From contig NC_018655.1 of NCBI RefSeq assembly GCF_000299365.1, forward strand, positions 210,001-242,000: a stretch of 32,000 bases of DNA, read 5' to 3'. The notes under the pieces are model-generated. The model saw only the letters and a program-made list of their open reading frames with translations. It was not told the DNA's origin and made no database searches. This document shows positions 30,876 through 32,000 of the stretch, in pieces. Made by a program: the position numbers and the translations under genes. Source of the DNA: Candidatus Nitrosopumilus koreensis AR1. Lineage in GTDB: Archaea; Thermoproteota; Nitrososphaeria; Nitrososphaerales; Nitrosopumilaceae. Position 1 is the stretch's first letter. Each line of letters begins with the position of its first letter.

Positions 30876-32000
30876 TTATTTTAATTTTTTGGCATTTTTT
30901 ACCATAAACAATCTTATGCTGTCTGCATCTACAAATTTTCGATTAAATGCTTCAAGAGCATCAAATGGCGCAAGTGTATTTGCTTTTGTTAATCCTAAAG
31001 ACATGATGAATTTTCTAATTGCTTCAGGCTTGATCCCTCTTCGTCTAAGTGCCTCTAGGGTTGGGAGTCTAGGATCATCATACCATGAAACCTTGCCTTC
31101 TTCAATCAAAGGCTTGATTATCCTCTTTGATATGGGCATTCCTTTGAATTCTAGCCTGGAGAAAAAACCTTGTTGTGGTTTTCTCATGCCTAATGCATCT
31201 AAAATTGCATCAATTAGCTCTTTTCTTAGTTCAAACTCTTTTGAACGAAAAGCATGTGTCACTCCATCAATACTGTCTTCAATTGCTACTGCAAAATCGT
31301 AACTAGGCCAAATTCTATATTTGTCGCCCACGGTGTAATGCTTTTCATCTATGATTCGTAATAATACAGGATCTCTCATAACTGCATTATCTGCTTTCAT
31401 ATCACCACGGAACCTAACTATGGCTTCTCCGGGTTTGAATTTATTTTGCATCTTTTCCCAATTTTTATTGTTTTTTCCAATATCTTCCATGCTACATTTA
31501 CAGGCTTTTCGTTCTCTTCGATTCTTACTGATGTCTTCTCTTTTACAAGTACAAACATACGCCTTTCCAGAATTAAGTAACTCTATTCCCTTTTCATAAA
31601 ATAGTTCCATGTCGTCTGAAGTATTTTTTACCTGATCAAATTTTATTCCTAACCACTCTAATCCTACTTTGATTGCAGCATGATATTCCATTCTTTCAGC
31701 TTCTGGATTTGTATCGTCCATTCTAAGTATGAATTTTCCACCATACATCTTTGCATATTCTGAATTAATTATCGCAGCTTTTGCGTGTCCAATATGTGGA
31801 TATCCATTTGGTTCTGGAGGAAATCGTGTAACTACTTTTCCTTGTACCGCATCTCTTAATTCTGGTAGTCCTTCTCTTTCTTCAATTTTTTCTTTAGGTG
31901 CTAATGCTTCTGGAAATTTTTCTTCCATTTCTTTTTGTTGTTCTTCTGATGATAACTGATTAACTGATGCAACAATTTCCGATATCTCTGCTGAAATTTC
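30876..32000 (-). CDS. gltX: glutamyl-tRNA synthetase, catalytic part; the 5' end lies beyond the window and the ORF ends prematurely at TAA 30876..30878
   Basis: VVTRFPPEPNGYPHIGHAKAA (HIGH), FILRMDDTNPE and GMPISKR (KMSKS-like) are present. The frame is open through 32000 (..EISAEISEIVASVNQLSSEEQQKEMEE..), so the real start is outside the window. Confidence 0.9.
   Translation of the reverse strand, partial: EISAEISEIVASVNQLSSEEQQKEMEEKFPEALAPKEKIEEREGLPELRDAVQGKVVTRFPPEPNGYPHIGHAKAAIINSEYAKMYGGKFILRMDDTNPEAERMEYHAAIKVGLEWLGIKFDQVKNTSDDMELFYEKGIELLNSGKAYVCTCKREDISKNRRERKACKCSMEDIGKNNKNWEKMQNKFKPGEAIVRFRGDMKADNAVMRDPVLLRIIDEKHYTVGDKYRIWPSYDFAVAIEDSIDGVTHAFRSKEFELRKELIDAILDALGMRKPQQGFFSRLEFKGMPISKRIIKPLIEEGKVSWYDDPRLPTLEALRRRGIKPEAIRKFIMSLGLTKANTLAPFDALEAFNRKFVDADSIRLFMVKNAKKLK

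Noticed and set aside
1-32000. Search for CRISPR arrays, transposases or IS ends, integrases next to the three tRNA genes, and defence-system signature genes
   Set aside because: No spaced direct-repeat arrays are present. I found no recombinase or transposase-like ORFs in any frame and no duplicated tRNA 3' fragments that would suggest att sites. Every ORF over 100 aa that is not an antisense shadow of a called gene is either housekeeping or a solitary hypothetical.

Overview
AT-rich (by eye about one-third G+C), densely packed archaeal chromosome segment. Gene content and order point to a Nitrosopumilus-like ammonia-oxidising thaumarchaeon; this is an inference from family knowledge, not a database hit. 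The first 9.7 kb is a translationally coupled NADH:quinone oxidoreductase operon, nuoB(partial)-C-D-H-I-J-K-M-L-N, with no nuoE/F/G. The remainder is core housekeeping: GGPP synthase, PqqC/CADD-like diiron protein, pyrE, M50 protease, Ard1 acetyltransferase, Trm5-family methyltransferase, ABCE1, M17 aminopeptidase, a pentose-phosphate operon (tktN::rpe fusion, tktC, tal), corA, Rieske ferredoxin, UPF0147, FAH-family hydrolase and GluRS. RNA genes are a stand-alone 5S rRNA, tRNA-Glu(UUC), tRNA(CAU), tRNA-His(GUG) and one candidate C/D-box sRNA. I found no CRISPR array, transposase, integrase or recognisable defence or mobile island, and no convincing novel multi-gene system, so this looks like ordinary core genome. 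Points worth a second look: (1) two conserved genes, gltX and a DCC-family DxxCxxC oxidoreductase, are each broken by a single-base frameshift at an A/T homopolymer. (2) tRNA-Glu carries a 15-nt non-canonical intron in the T-loop with a clean bulge-helix-bulge fold. (3) A zinc-ribbon gene contains a 110-bp perfect tandem duplication. (4) The transketolase N-subunit is fused to ribulose-phosphate 3-epimerase. (5) Several small genes are absent from the ORF track: a C2H2 mini zinc finger next to the 5S gene, an RHH protein and a 26-aa membrane peptide. (6) A small basic protein carries three TGRGTG repeats.
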